Shown here in pieces: positions 40,108 to 50,017 of a stretch of 64,000 bases of DNA. The number at the start of each line of letters is the position of its first letter. The stretch's first letter is position 1. This stretch comes from Scyliorhinus canicula (lineage: Eukaryota). Below the pieces are notes generated by a model. It made no database searches. It worked only from the letters and a program-made list of their open reading frames with translations, and was not told the origin of the DNA. The position numbers and the translations under genes are program-made. Location of the stretch: the NCBI RefSeq assembly GCF_902713615.1, contig NC_052154.1:137929263-137993262 (forward strand), given 5' to 3'.

Positions 40108-41760
40108 AAAGAACAAATAACAAAGAATAAAGAACATTACAGCCCTTCGGCCCACCAAGCCCGTGCCGAACCAGATTCTTTATTTAGACCGACTACTTAT
40201 TGCCCAAACAATCTGGATCCCTCCATGCCCCGCTCGTTCATGTGTCTATTAAGAGACATCTTAAATGTTGCAATCGTGTCTGCCTCCACCATCTCCACTG
40301 GTAACGCATTCCAGGCACCCACCACCCTCTGCGTGAAAAACATTCCCCACACATCTTCCCTAAACTTTCCCCCTCTCATCTTGAACCTGTATCCTCTTGT
40401 AATGGAGTCTTCCACCCTGGGAAACACGACTGACTATTCACACTGTCTATACCTCTCGTAATTTTGTACACCTCAATAAGGTCTCCACTCAGCACCCACC
40501 TTTCCAACAAAAACAATCTGAGTTTATTCAACCTCTCCCCATAGCTAACACCCTCCAGGCCAGGCAACATCCTGGTAAACCTTCTTTGCACTCTCTCCAA
40601 AGCACCCACGTCCTTCTGGTAGTGTGGCAACTAGAACTGCAAGCAATATTCCAAATGTGGCCGAATTAAAGTTTTAAACAACAGTACCATGACCTGCCAA
40701 CTCTTGTACTCAACGTCCCGGCCAATGAAGGCAAACATGCCTTATGCCTTTTTGACCAACTTATCCACCTTTGTTGCCACTTTCATGGAACTCTGAACCT
40801 GAGCACTCAGATCCCTCTGCAGTCAGTGTCCCTAAAGATTCTACCATTTACTGAATAATTCACACCTGAATTTGATCTTCCAAAATGCATCACCTCGCAT
40901 TTGCCCAGATTGAACTCCATTTGTCATTTCTCTGCCCAACTCTCCAATCTATCAATATTCTGCTATATTCTTTGACAGTTCCCTTCATGATCTGCAACTC
41001 CACCTTAGTGCCATCTGCAAACTTGCTAATCAGACCATCAACATTTTCCTCCAGGTCATTTATATATTTTACAAACAACAGTGGTCCCAGCATTGAACCC
41101 TGTGGAACACAACTAGTTACAGATCTCCATTCTGAAAAACACCCTTCTACTGTTACTCCCTGTCTCCTGCTGCCGAGCCAGTTCTTTATCCATCTAGCTA
41201 TCACACCCTGAATCCCATGTGACTTTACCTTTTATACCAGTCTGCCATGAAGGACCTTGCCAAATGCCTTACTAAAGTCCATGTAGATGATGTCACAGCC
41301 TGTCAAGGGGATTAATTTTGTCATCTCCTCAAAAAACTCTATCAAGTTTCCTCCCCTGCGCAAAACCATGTTGCCTATCACTAACAACTAACAAGTCCAT
41401 TCGCTTCCAAATGTCCAAATCCTGTCCCTCGGTGTCTTCTCTAACGCTTCCCTACCACGGAGGTCAGGCTCACTGGCCTATAATTACCTGGATTGTCCCT
41501 GGTTTTCTTTTTCAACAAAGGGACAACATTGGCTATTCTCCAGTCCTTTGGAACCTCAGCTGTGGTCAAAGATGATGCAAAGATATCTGTTAAGGGCCCC
41601 AGCTATTTCCTCTTTTTGTCTCTTGCATCCCACAATAACCTGGAATATATCCCATCTGGCCCAGGGGATTTGTTTACCTTAATGCATTTTAAGATATCCT
41701 TCATTATGCTGACATGTTCCAGAATATTCACACACCCATCCCGAACTTCAGAATCCATTG
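40108..41760 (-). mobile_element. CR1 LINE (5'-truncated, decayed ORF2 RT)
   Basis: KSPGPDGIY, VPQGSMLGPLLF, KFADGTK, LERVQRRFTRM, FFTQRVVGAWNALP; (TTCT)n-type tail. Confidence 0.9.
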
Positions 41761-41835
41761 TTGGCAGCACCACCAGGAATGGTGACTTCTGCTGGTAATG
41801 CTCTGAGGACTTCATCATGAATTGTCATTGGATCC

Positions 41836-42783
41836 TGTAGCCATGCTGGCCACGCAAAATGGACACTGAGCCAAACTAAAATGGAAGACTGCTGGGAAAC
41901 AGACAGTTTAGCCAGAACAGCAGTCTGCAAAGAGCAGTTTGCATTCTGCAGCAGCAGAAACCAGTTTGGGCTCAGGTGAAAAGACCTTAGCTAGGTGCAA
42001 ATGGCAAAACGCTTTGCATGCTAATGAGGCCATCAGACTTGAACACCCACACAATAGATACATTTGGTTCTGAATGGACACATTCTAATCAAGACCCAGA
42101 CATCGAGGCACCAGAAACCTCCAAACAAAAGGACATAAGAAACGCCCCCTCCATCACGGAGACCCCCTCGCATTGGGGAATTAATCCAGTATCGATAAGA
42201 AATTGATCCAATAGGTAGAGCCCGCCCGAGAAGAGGGAAGGACAATGGAACCCCTATAAAAGATAGGGACCTCGTGTTGTCCGGTCTGTTAAACCCGTGC
42301 TCCGGCTCCGACTGACATCGCGCATCCTGACTCCAGCCGTTGAGCACCAGCCGCCGAAACCGTAAGTTCAACGCTCGCTACGCGATCCAAGCCCACTAGA
42401 CTCCCAAGTACCGGAACGCTTGCTGAAGGCTGCAGACAAAACCAGGACGAAGGCCTCGTTCTCTGACCTTGCCTGTTCCTGTTAGATAAGTATTCTGCTT
42501 GCTTAAGTTTAGTTATAGCTTAGTCTCTTAGTGTGTGCATGAGTATTTATTATAACTGTATAATAAATATTGATCGTTTGAACTTTACTAATCGGTGTAT
42601 CGTCTTTATTACTTTGAACTTGACCTTGGAATACTTGTGACGTTGCCTATACGGCAACTGGCGACTCCAGAGCTAAATAATTACATAGAACAGAGCCTAG
42701 CAGTGTTAAGCACACGTCGAACTCGGAGGCGTGTTAATACACTCCAATAAACGCGTTTTACGCCCATAGTAAAACGTGCAACA
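41836..42783 (+). repeat. 5' LTR (948 bp)
   Basis: TGTAGCC...GTGCAACA; repeated 8866 bp downstream; ORF-track translations inside both LTRs are identical. Confidence 0.97.
42208..42261 (+). promoter_or_regulatory. LTR U3 core promoter
   Basis: CCAAT 42208-42212, GC box CCCGCCC 42221-42227, TATAAAA 42255-42261 in canonical order. Confidence 0.75.
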
Positions 42784-42788
42784 TTTAG

Positions 42789-42806
42789 TGGCGACTCTGG
42801 TGGGAC
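42789..42806 (+). promoter_or_regulatory. Primer-binding site, tRNA-Arg(UCU)
   Basis: TGGCGACTCTGGTGGGAC is the reverse complement of GTCCCACCAGAGTCGCCA, the 3' end of vertebrate tRNA-Arg-TCT as I recall it; starts 5 nt after the LTR. Confidence 0.85.
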
Positions 42807-43102
42807 CCTGTTGTAAGTGGAAACACCACAGTGTCCAGGACCCTGAAATTTGAATTGGAACTCCAAATTGCAGAGAAAGAAAGAGATCACAAGTATTCAA
42901 GGTGTTCAAAATAATAAGCGAAATTCGGAAGTGTGTTTTAGTGCATGCGTACTAACAGGGCTGTAAGGTAAAACTGAAAGCTTTTTGTTGCGACAAACTT
43001 TCGGTAGTTTTGTTAACGGAAAATAGCGTAAGCCGTACCCTTTTTTCGAAACACCACCCCAGCAACCCCCTGTTCCAAATTATAAAAAGAGAGTCAGAGG
43101 AA

Positions 43103-44851
43103 ATGGCCATGCAGGCAATGGAACGTCTGATGGATCCAGCAAAGTTTGTGGTCGCAGCGACCAGCAGCAGTAGCAGGGTAGGCCAGTGTCCCACGTGGGA
43201 GCTGGAACTCCGCAAATATCTGCAGGGAAAGGGATGGCCCCTTTGGAAAGAGTTTTGTGCAAATGAGGAGACAGGTCCCGGGAGTATAGGTCATACTTGG
43301 TGGGAGAACCTCTCTCAAATACACAAAAAGAGTTTAGGTAAAGCACGCAAGCCGATGGCGATTGTGTCCTGCTTGGCACAGTTGCGAGGCGCAGAGGAGG
43401 TCATCAGGACGCTCCGGACAGATTTAGAGGAAAGGAACCGAATGAGTAAGGTCGATGTCAGGGACATCGAGAAAGAAAACCTGGAATTAAAAGGGAAGTT
43501 GGCAGAGAAGGGTAGAGAGGTGGATGATGCCAAGAGGGCTCACCAGTCTTGTCTAGCTCATCTGAACAGTTCCCAGACCCAGTATGAGAAAGCCTATCAG
43601 GACGTGCAACGTGCCGTTCTGATAAGACAGGAATCGGAAAAGCAGGTGGAGGCATTGCAGAGGCAATGTTCCGATCTCAAAGCAGCTTTGAGAGCACTCC
43701 ATGCTGCAACAACCGAACAAAGACAAAGCACAGTTGACCACGCGAAATGCAGGAAACAGATTGCGGAACTGCAATCTCTGCTTTCGGTGCAGAATGGCTT
43801 CCAAAGCACCTTTGGAGCTCAGTTAGATGGGGAAAATGCCCCAGATTGGCAGGAATTAAGCGAGACAGCGCAGCGTTATGTTCAGGGAACATGTGCGCCA
43901 GCAGCTCAGCAGAAACGACAGGCACCCCAACCCCCCACAGCTCAGACCATAACCGCACCCATGAATCCCGTAACCACGCAGAGGAAAGCCGAATCAGAAG
44001 GCGCCCCAGACATAACTTACACCACCCCTTTAACAGTAACCCAGTTAAGGGACGCTTGTGAAAAGATCACTCCGTTCCTCCCCACCGCAGACCCCCACCA
44101 GTTTTTCGCTAAAGTAAAACAGCAGGCTACCATGTACGGCCTGGATGAGAGAGAGCAGGTTAAGCTCACCGTGCTGAGCTTAGACCAGAGCGTAGTAGCA
44201 GCCCTCCCCGACCCACAGAACGTGGCAGGAGGCAGCCTAGAGGAGATGCACACTGCCATTTTAGATGCCATCGGGTACAATAGAGGTGACCCCGTAGAAG
44301 GATTGAATAAGTGCAGGCAGAAGAGATCCGAACACCCCACAGCATTCGCAGGAAGGCTGTGGATTCATTTCAGCGCAGTTTTCGGACAGCTAGATAGAGC
44401 GCATTTAACCCGCGAAAACATGGTTAAGTGGACGCGCACAATTATCTCACACGCAACAGAAGCAGGACAGAGCGCTTGCAATAGCTACGACCCCTCAGAA
44501 GAGGCCCATAACGAAAAATGGGTCCTGAAAAGATTGTCCCGCGCTTGGGAGCAATCGCTTCAGGCAAAAGGAAAAGTTAGATCCCCAGAAGAGGCTCAGG
44601 CTGCTGCAGATATCCAAGCAGTCAGAGAGCACCAGAAGCCCGCATGGGTAAATGAAGGCAAGAGCAGCCCTCAACAGAAAGGACAGGAATGCTATAACTG
44701 TGGACAGTTAGGGCATTGGGCAAAAGAATGCCAAGCACCCCAGCGATCTCAGAGAGGCCAGCAGACAGGCACTCTGAACCGCAACAAAGCAAAACCCATC
44801 CACAATGTAGCAGTACAGTCAGGACCCACCAATGTGGACGAGACGAACTGA
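43103..44851 (+). CDS. gag: Gag polyprotein (582 aa from first ATG)
   Basis: Strong Kozak gaaATGg; long heptad coiled coil; MHR-like QKRSEHPTAFAGRLW; zinc knuckle CYNCGQLGHWAKEC. Confidence 0.92.
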   Translation: MAMQAMERLMDPAKFVVAATSSSSRVGQCPTWELELRKYLQGKGWPLWKEFCANEETGPGSIGHTWWENLSQIHKKSLGKARKPMAIVSCLAQLRGAEEVIRTLRTDLEERNRMSKVDVRDIEKENLELKGKLAEKGREVDDAKRAHQSCLAHLNSSQTQYEKAYQDVQRAVLIRQESEKQVEALQRQCSDLKAALRALHAATTEQRQSTVDHAKCRKQIAELQSLLSVQNGFQSTFGAQLDGENAPDWQELSETAQRYVQGTCAPAAQQKRQAPQPPTAQTITAPMNPVTTQRKAESEGAPDITYTTPLTVTQLRDACEKITPFLPTADPHQFFAKVKQQATMYGLDEREQVKLTVLSLDQSVVAALPDPQNVAGGSLEEMHTAILDAIGYNRGDPVEGLNKCRQKRSEHPTAFAGRLWIHFSAVFGQLDRAHLTRENMVKWTRTIISHATEAGQSACNSYDPSEEAHNEKWVLKRLSRAWEQSLQAKGKVRSPEEAQAAADIQAVREHQKPAWVNEGKSSPQQKGQECYNCGQLGHWAKECQAPQRSQRGQQTGTLNRNKAKPIHNVAVQSGPTNVDETN

Positions 44852-47800
44852 CGGTGTTCGGGCTCCCCCACTTGGGTCTGTGACACACTATGGGACTCAT
44901 CAGGGAGGCCCGTAGTCACGGCAAAAGTCAAAGGGAAGCCCATAGAGTTACTGTGGGACACAGGAGGATCCCGCACCACCATTAACTCCACAACCACGGC
45001 ACACGCAGACACGTGGCCGACCACCTCCACCATCACACTTAGCGGGTTCACCGGACACTCGCAGCAGGGATATATCACAGCACCCGTAGCGATCCAGCTA
45101 GGGAACATTAGCACAAGGCACCCCGTAGTTTTAGTAAATCTTCCCCGGACAGCAGAGCACATCCTGGGGATAGATTTTATGAACGCTCATAGCTTGTCAT
45201 TCGACCCAGTGAACCAGTGTGTCTGGCGAATGGCAAGATCAGACAGAGCCCCAGCCACCCTCACAGTAGGAGACTACGCTAATCGGATTAGCGCAGTGGG
45301 AGAGTACTCATTCGACCTGACTACACTCCACACCGACCGACAAATTAAGGCCCTAGTAAACAAACACAGGACAGCATTTGCAAGTCACCGTCATGACTGT
45401 GGTAGAATGACTGGACAAGTTCATGTTACCGGACAGGACCCCCGACCGCAAAAGCAGTATAGATTTCCCCTCGAGGCAGAGGTGGAAACAGAAAAGGTTA
45501 TAGGCAGCTTGTTGGACCAAGGTGTACTGAGAACGGTAGCCTCCACCAACAATGCCCCTATTTGGCCAGTGAGGAAGCCCGATGGATCATGGCGTCTGAC
45601 CATCGATTATCGGGAACTCAATAAAGTAACCCCCGCAGTAGCCCCAACGGTAGCTACTAGTCCCGAGACCATGCTCAAGCAGGGTCTCAACGCCAAGTAC
45701 TTCACGGTATTGGACATCAGTAATGGATTCTGGTCAATACCATTGGCAAAAGCGTGCCAATACAAATTCGCATTCACTTTTAAAACACAGCAGTACACGT
45801 GGACATGCCTCCCACAAGGATTCCACAATTCACCCTCCATTTTCCACCGACAGCTGGCAAGTGGATTAGAGAAATTTTCCCGACCCGAATGTCTGGTACA
45901 GTATGTAGACGACCTACTACTGCAGACAGACACAAAGGCAGAGCACATTTCGCTTCTGGCCGAACTCCTGGAACTCTTAACTGAAATTGGCTGTAAAGTT
46001 AACCCGAAAAAGGCCCAAATATTGGAAAGTAAAGTGATGTATTTGGGATCAGTCATCACGCACGGCAAACGCGAGATCGAATTCAAGAGAATTGATTCGA
46101 TTGTCAAATTGCCCCTTCCCCAGAATGTTTCAGCCCTCCGGTCGTTTTTAGGACTGGTTGGCTATTGTCGGAACCACATAGACGGATTCGCGACAAAAGC
46201 CGCCCCACTTTCAGACCTCCTTAAGAAAGGAGCCCCCTGGGAATGGCTTCCGCAGCATACAGGCGCTGTGGAAGAGTTGAAACGAGCCCTTAGTGCAGCA
46301 CCCGCGCTGCTAGTCCCCGACCAACTTTCACCGTACGCAATAGAGGTAGCGAGCACCGATCTGACCCTCTCGGCCGTGTTGCTTCAGGAACGGCACGAGC
46401 AGCTAAGACCAGTGGCTTATGCCTCCCGACTGTTAGACCCAGTAGAACAAGGATTTTCAGCCTGTGAGAGGCACCTCCTTGCTGTCTTCTGGGCAGTACA
46501 GTATTTCTCATACATCACCGGACTAAACCCCATCACCATTCTAACCGAACATACACCCACACAGCTACTACTAGACGGTCGACTGAAGGACGGTTCAGTT
46601 AGCCAGATTAGGGCAGCTAGGTGGACCCTACTTTTACAAGGACGGGACATTACAGTGAAACGGACACGCACCCACACATACTTAGCAGACAACCTCCAAT
46701 ACCCCGGACAGCCCCATGACTGTGAAATTGTAGCTCCCCTGCATAACACAGGACCCTTTTTAGCAAAAACACCCCCCAGGAAGATAGGGAACCCGAAACA
46801 AAGCCCCCAGCCCACAGACACGTGTGGACCCTTGAGGATTTATGTAGACGGTTCCTCCACAGTTTTAAATGGTGAGCGTATCACAGGATGCGGCATCTAC
46901 GTAGAGGACGCGCAGGGGCGCGCTCTCGAAGAGATAGCTCTTAAGTTACCAGGTCACTTAGGCGCGCAGGCAGCAGAGCTAGCAGCCATAGCGTACATAG
47001 TGGACCACCCCGATTCTTTCCCCAGCCCAGCAGACATATATTCAGACAGCTTATATGTCTGCAATAGCCTAACAGATTTTCTGCCCCTGTGGAGGACACG
47101 AGGTTTTGTCTCCGCAGACGGAAAACCCCTTCCATCAGCCCCTTTACTCCAGCATATCCTAGAGAAAGCGAAGGACAGGACCTTCGGCATCATAAAAGTT
47201 CGCAGCCACCATAGGTCATCACCCCCTGGGAATGTAAAAGCCGACGCATTGGCTAAGGCAGGTTCCAGGAGAGGACACTTATGGAACCCCCCAGCTAGCG
47301 CACCAGCTAGCGCCCCTGTGAGCGCAGTCCAAGTCTCACAGACTGATATTAAAGATCTCGTGGCAGCACAGAAACAGGACGGAGACCTCAGGGAGGTTTT
47401 CAAGGGAAATTTTGTGCCTGCGTACGAGCACTTTAAACACGCACTGACCACACATGAGGGTGTGATCATTAAAGACCAACTTTATGTGGTCCCACAGCAG
47501 GACAGGAATCAGATGATTGCCTTGTTCCATGACGGACACGGGCATCAGGGAATTGATGCAACAACGAGGCACCTCAGGCAACTCTGCTGGTGGCCTAATC
47601 TCAGGAATGATGTAACGCACTACATAGAGAATTGCCTGATTTGTGCTCAGAATAACCCGGAGAGGTATTCTAAGAAGGCACAACTTCGGCATACTCGCCC
47701 AGTTAACGGCCCTTGGACAAACCTCCAGATCGACTTTATAGGTCCATTGCCCCCTTGTCGGAATGGCTATAAATACGTTCTGGTGGTGATAGATACCTTT

Positions 47801-49078
47801 ACCAAATGGGTAGAGGCATTTCCCTCACGAACAAACACAGCTAAGACAGCTGCAAAGATCCTGACCCACCACATCTTCACGAGATGGGGTTTACCCCGAA
47901 GTATCGATTCGGACCAGGGATCTCACTTTACAGGACGGGTCATGAGGAACGTCCTGACAATATTCGGAATCAAACAGAACTTCCATATTGCGTATCATCC
48001 ACAGTCCAGCGGGATTGTGGAGCGCATGAATCGGACCCTAAAAACTACCCTTAGGAAAATGGTTCAAGAGAACAATTCCACATGGGATTCAGTGCTCCCC
48101 TTTGCACTTATGTTCATAAGGAACACTGTCTCCACATCGACAGGATACACACCACACACACTCATGACCGGACGCCCTATGAAAGGTACAGAATTCCTTT
48201 TAGGACTGGACATGACAAGCCCCGAAGTGACGGCCCTCACACATGAAAAGGCAGTTAAAGATCTAGTTGAGACTGTGAGGTCTGCACAGCTCGCAGCCGC
48301 AGTCCAGCTAGGGAAACGCCGACAGCAACGTACTGCCTGTTTCAATAAGACCGTACACACCACAGAATTCCAGGTTGGGCAACAGGTAATGTTATCTGTT
48401 TATAACCCCAGCAGTTTTTTGGCTCCAAAATATTCCGGTCCCTACTCAATTTCGGACAAAATTAGCCCCTCCGTTTACAGAATAAAGTATCCTAATGGGA
48501 AGACCGCGTGGTTCCATATAAACCAGTTAAAGGCATATGGAACACAGGCCAACCATGCTCACCATGTCCTGCTGGATGCAGCAGAACACTTCACCCCGCC
48601 CACCAGAAACACTTTTCCACCATCCCCCTCACAGACCAGTTCATCAACGGACTCGCCCACGACTCCGCCCACAGACCACTACAGACCACGCCCCGACACG
48701 CCCACAAGCTGCCACAGCAGAGACAGCAGGACTGACACTGACTCTGAAGACAGCGACAGCACACAGCCATACAGCCCACACTGCACCAACTACGACCCCG
48801 ACTCCAGTGACCCCATGGAAGTCACCTACCTCAAATATCCAGAACCACCACCCGACCCCGACTACCCCGACAACACACTCGACGCTACACAATGGCACAG
48901 GGACAATTCCTACAGACTTGTCCGCAATGATGAAAGTGACCCCCGGTCACACAACTCCAAAATAGCATGCCTGATCCACACAAGGGTGTGGGATCCGGGA
49001 GAGCAGGACGACACGGTGTCTGACTCCCGACACGGCAACCCCTTTGTGACCCTGTTCACAGAGGCAGAATCAAAGTGA
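44852..49078 (+). CDS. pol: Pro-Pol (protease, RT, tether RNase H, RNase H, integrase), in frame with gag via UGA readthrough
   Basis: Frame is open from the gag stop: LLWDTGGSRT and ILGIDF (protease); LPQGFHNSP and YVDD (RT); YVDGS/AELAA/YSDS/KAD (RNase H); HHCC and D,D35E, GPY (integrase). The ORF track starts it late, at 45179. Confidence 0.95.
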   Translation, partial: RCSGSPTWVCDTLWDSSGRPVVTAKVKGKPIELLWDTGGSRTTINSTTTAHADTWPTTSTITLSGFTGHSQQGYITAPVAIQLGNISTRHPVVLVNLPRTAEHILGIDFMNAHSLSFDPVNQCVWRMARSDRAPATLTVGDYANRISAVGEYSFDLTTLHTDRQIKALVNKHRTAFASHRHDCGRMTGQVHVTGQDPRPQKQYRFPLEAEVETEKVIGSLLDQGVLRTVASTNNAPIWPVRKPDGSWRLTIDYRELNKVTPAVAPTVATSPETMLKQGLNAKYFTVLDISNGFWSIPLAKACQYKFAFTFKTQQYTWTCLPQGFHNSPSIFHRQLASGLEKFSRPECLVQYVDDLLLQTDTKAEHISLLAELLELLTEIGCKVNPKKAQILESKVMYLGSVITHGKREIEFKRIDSIVKLPLPQNVSALRSFLGLVGYCRNHIDGFATKAAPLSDLLKKGAPWEWLPQHTGAVEELKRALSAAPALLVPDQLSPYAIEVASTDLTLSAVLLQERHEQLRPVAYASRLLDPVEQGFSACERHLLAVFWAVQYFSYITGLNPITILTEHTPTQLLLDGRLKDGSVSQIRAARWTLLLQGRDITVKRTRTHTYLADNLQYPGQPHDCEIVAPLHNTGPFLAKTPPRKIGNPKQSPQPTDTCGPLRIYVDGSSTVLNGERITGCGIYVEDAQGRALEEIALKLPGHLGAQAAELAAIAYIVDHPDSFPSPADIYSDSLYVCNSLTDFLPLWRTRGFVSADGKPLPSAPLLQHILEKAKDRTFGIIKVRSHHRSSPPGNVKADALAKAGSRRGHLWNPPASAPASAPVSAVQVSQTDIKDLVAAQKQDGDLREVFKGNFVPAYEHFKHALTTHEGVIIKDQLYVVPQQDRNQMIALFHDGHGHQGIDATTRHLRQLCWWPNLRNDVTHYIENCLICAQNNPERYSKKAQLRHTRPVNGPWTNLQIDFIGPLPPCRNGYKYVLVVIDTFTKWVEAFPSRTNTAKTAAKILTHHIFTRWGLPRSIDSDQGSHFTGRVMRNVLTIFGIKQNFHIAYHPQSSGIVERMNRTLKTTLRKMVQENNSTWDSVLPFALMFIRNTVSTSTGYTPHTLMTGRPMKGTEFLLGLDMTSPEVTALTHEKAVKDLVETVRSAQLAAAVQLGKRRQQRTACFNKTVHTTEFQVGQQVMLSVYNPSSFLAPKYSGPYSISDKISPSVYRIKYPNGKTAWFHINQLKAYGTQANHAHHVLLDAAEHFTPPTRNTFPPSPSQTSSSTDSPTTPPTDHYRPRPDTPTSCHSRDSRTDTDSEDSDSTQPYSPHCTNYDPDSSDPMEVTYLKYPEPPPDPDYPDNTLDATQWHRDNSYRLVRNDESDPRSHNSKIACLIHTRVWDPGEQDDTVSDSRHGNPFVTLFTEAESK

Positions 49079-50017
49079 GGTGTCCAGATGATGTAAGATA
49101 GGAATCGTTTGAGGGAAACGATGTCCTTTCTGATGGAACCTGCACGTATGTTTGTCTTCGTTTTATGTTTGTTTGTCTCAGGATTGTACATTGTTCAGCT
49201 GGAGGATGGACATCTTCTTTTCAGCTGAAAAGATTGTGACCACCTCACATACACGTTAGCTTGTCCGCAGATACTTTTGAGAACTTCGGTTTGATTGGAG
49301 ATCTTTTCCAAAGTTGTAAGGCCACACGCCAAATAGTTTATCTGCAGATATCTCTGAGAACTTCAGTGATGTCCTCAGTTGGAGCATCTTGGCTCCCTTG
49401 GTTTTTTAGGTGCCCCTCTATTCGGCGAAATAGAGGCTGCAAGTCATGGTCAACACATTCGTACCCGTTTCTTTCCAGGTTACTCAGGCAGTGGACAAAC
49501 GGCACTGAGGACCCGCCCTGTCTGAGAACCAACCCTTGGTCAGCCAAGCTCGGGTATGGCACAGCACGCCCTACCCGGGGATCCCATCCAACTCGTACCC
49601 GTAGCGGCCCATACGCAACTCATTCGGATGTTTATTTCCAAGTTTGTTTTCATTTTAGGTTAGGTAGCCCTTCGGCCACCATCCCACATGCTATTTACAT
49701 CCGGGAACATTCGGATGGTAAATCAGCAAAGCCTGCGAGACGGCTCGCAGAAGGAAGGATTGTTAGGTGTATGCTGGTCTTTAAATTCGCTTTTTGAAAA
49801 AAAAAAAAGAGGGGAGTCACAGGGTGTGACTTAGCCAGTCATTTTAAAGGGTCAATTGGGTTTTGAAAGACAGATGCACTAACAAGTAAAGGTCTTAAGC
49901 TGTGTATTGACAGATACTGTGCTTGATCCCAAAGGTTTCAAAGGACGAGACAGAGGTCGAAGCCAGGATTGTCAATACCGGAGGAAGAAGGAAGAGAAAG
50001 AAGAAGAACAACAAAAG

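Noticed and set aside
43010-43102. N-terminal extension of Gag from TTG
   Set aside because: First ATG at 43103 has strong context; the extension has no TM segment suggesting glyco-Gag
49338-49562. Antisense 74-aa ORF (HBZ-like idea)
   Set aside because: No ATG in the open frame, short, and no antisense promoter or splice evidence
49261-49797. 178-aa ORF after pol as env or accessory gene
   Set aside because: TTG start, no signal peptide, TM, furin site or recognisable motif; region is better explained as structured RNA. Not fully excluded, since it follows an acceptor in the same phase as the 49913 acceptor.
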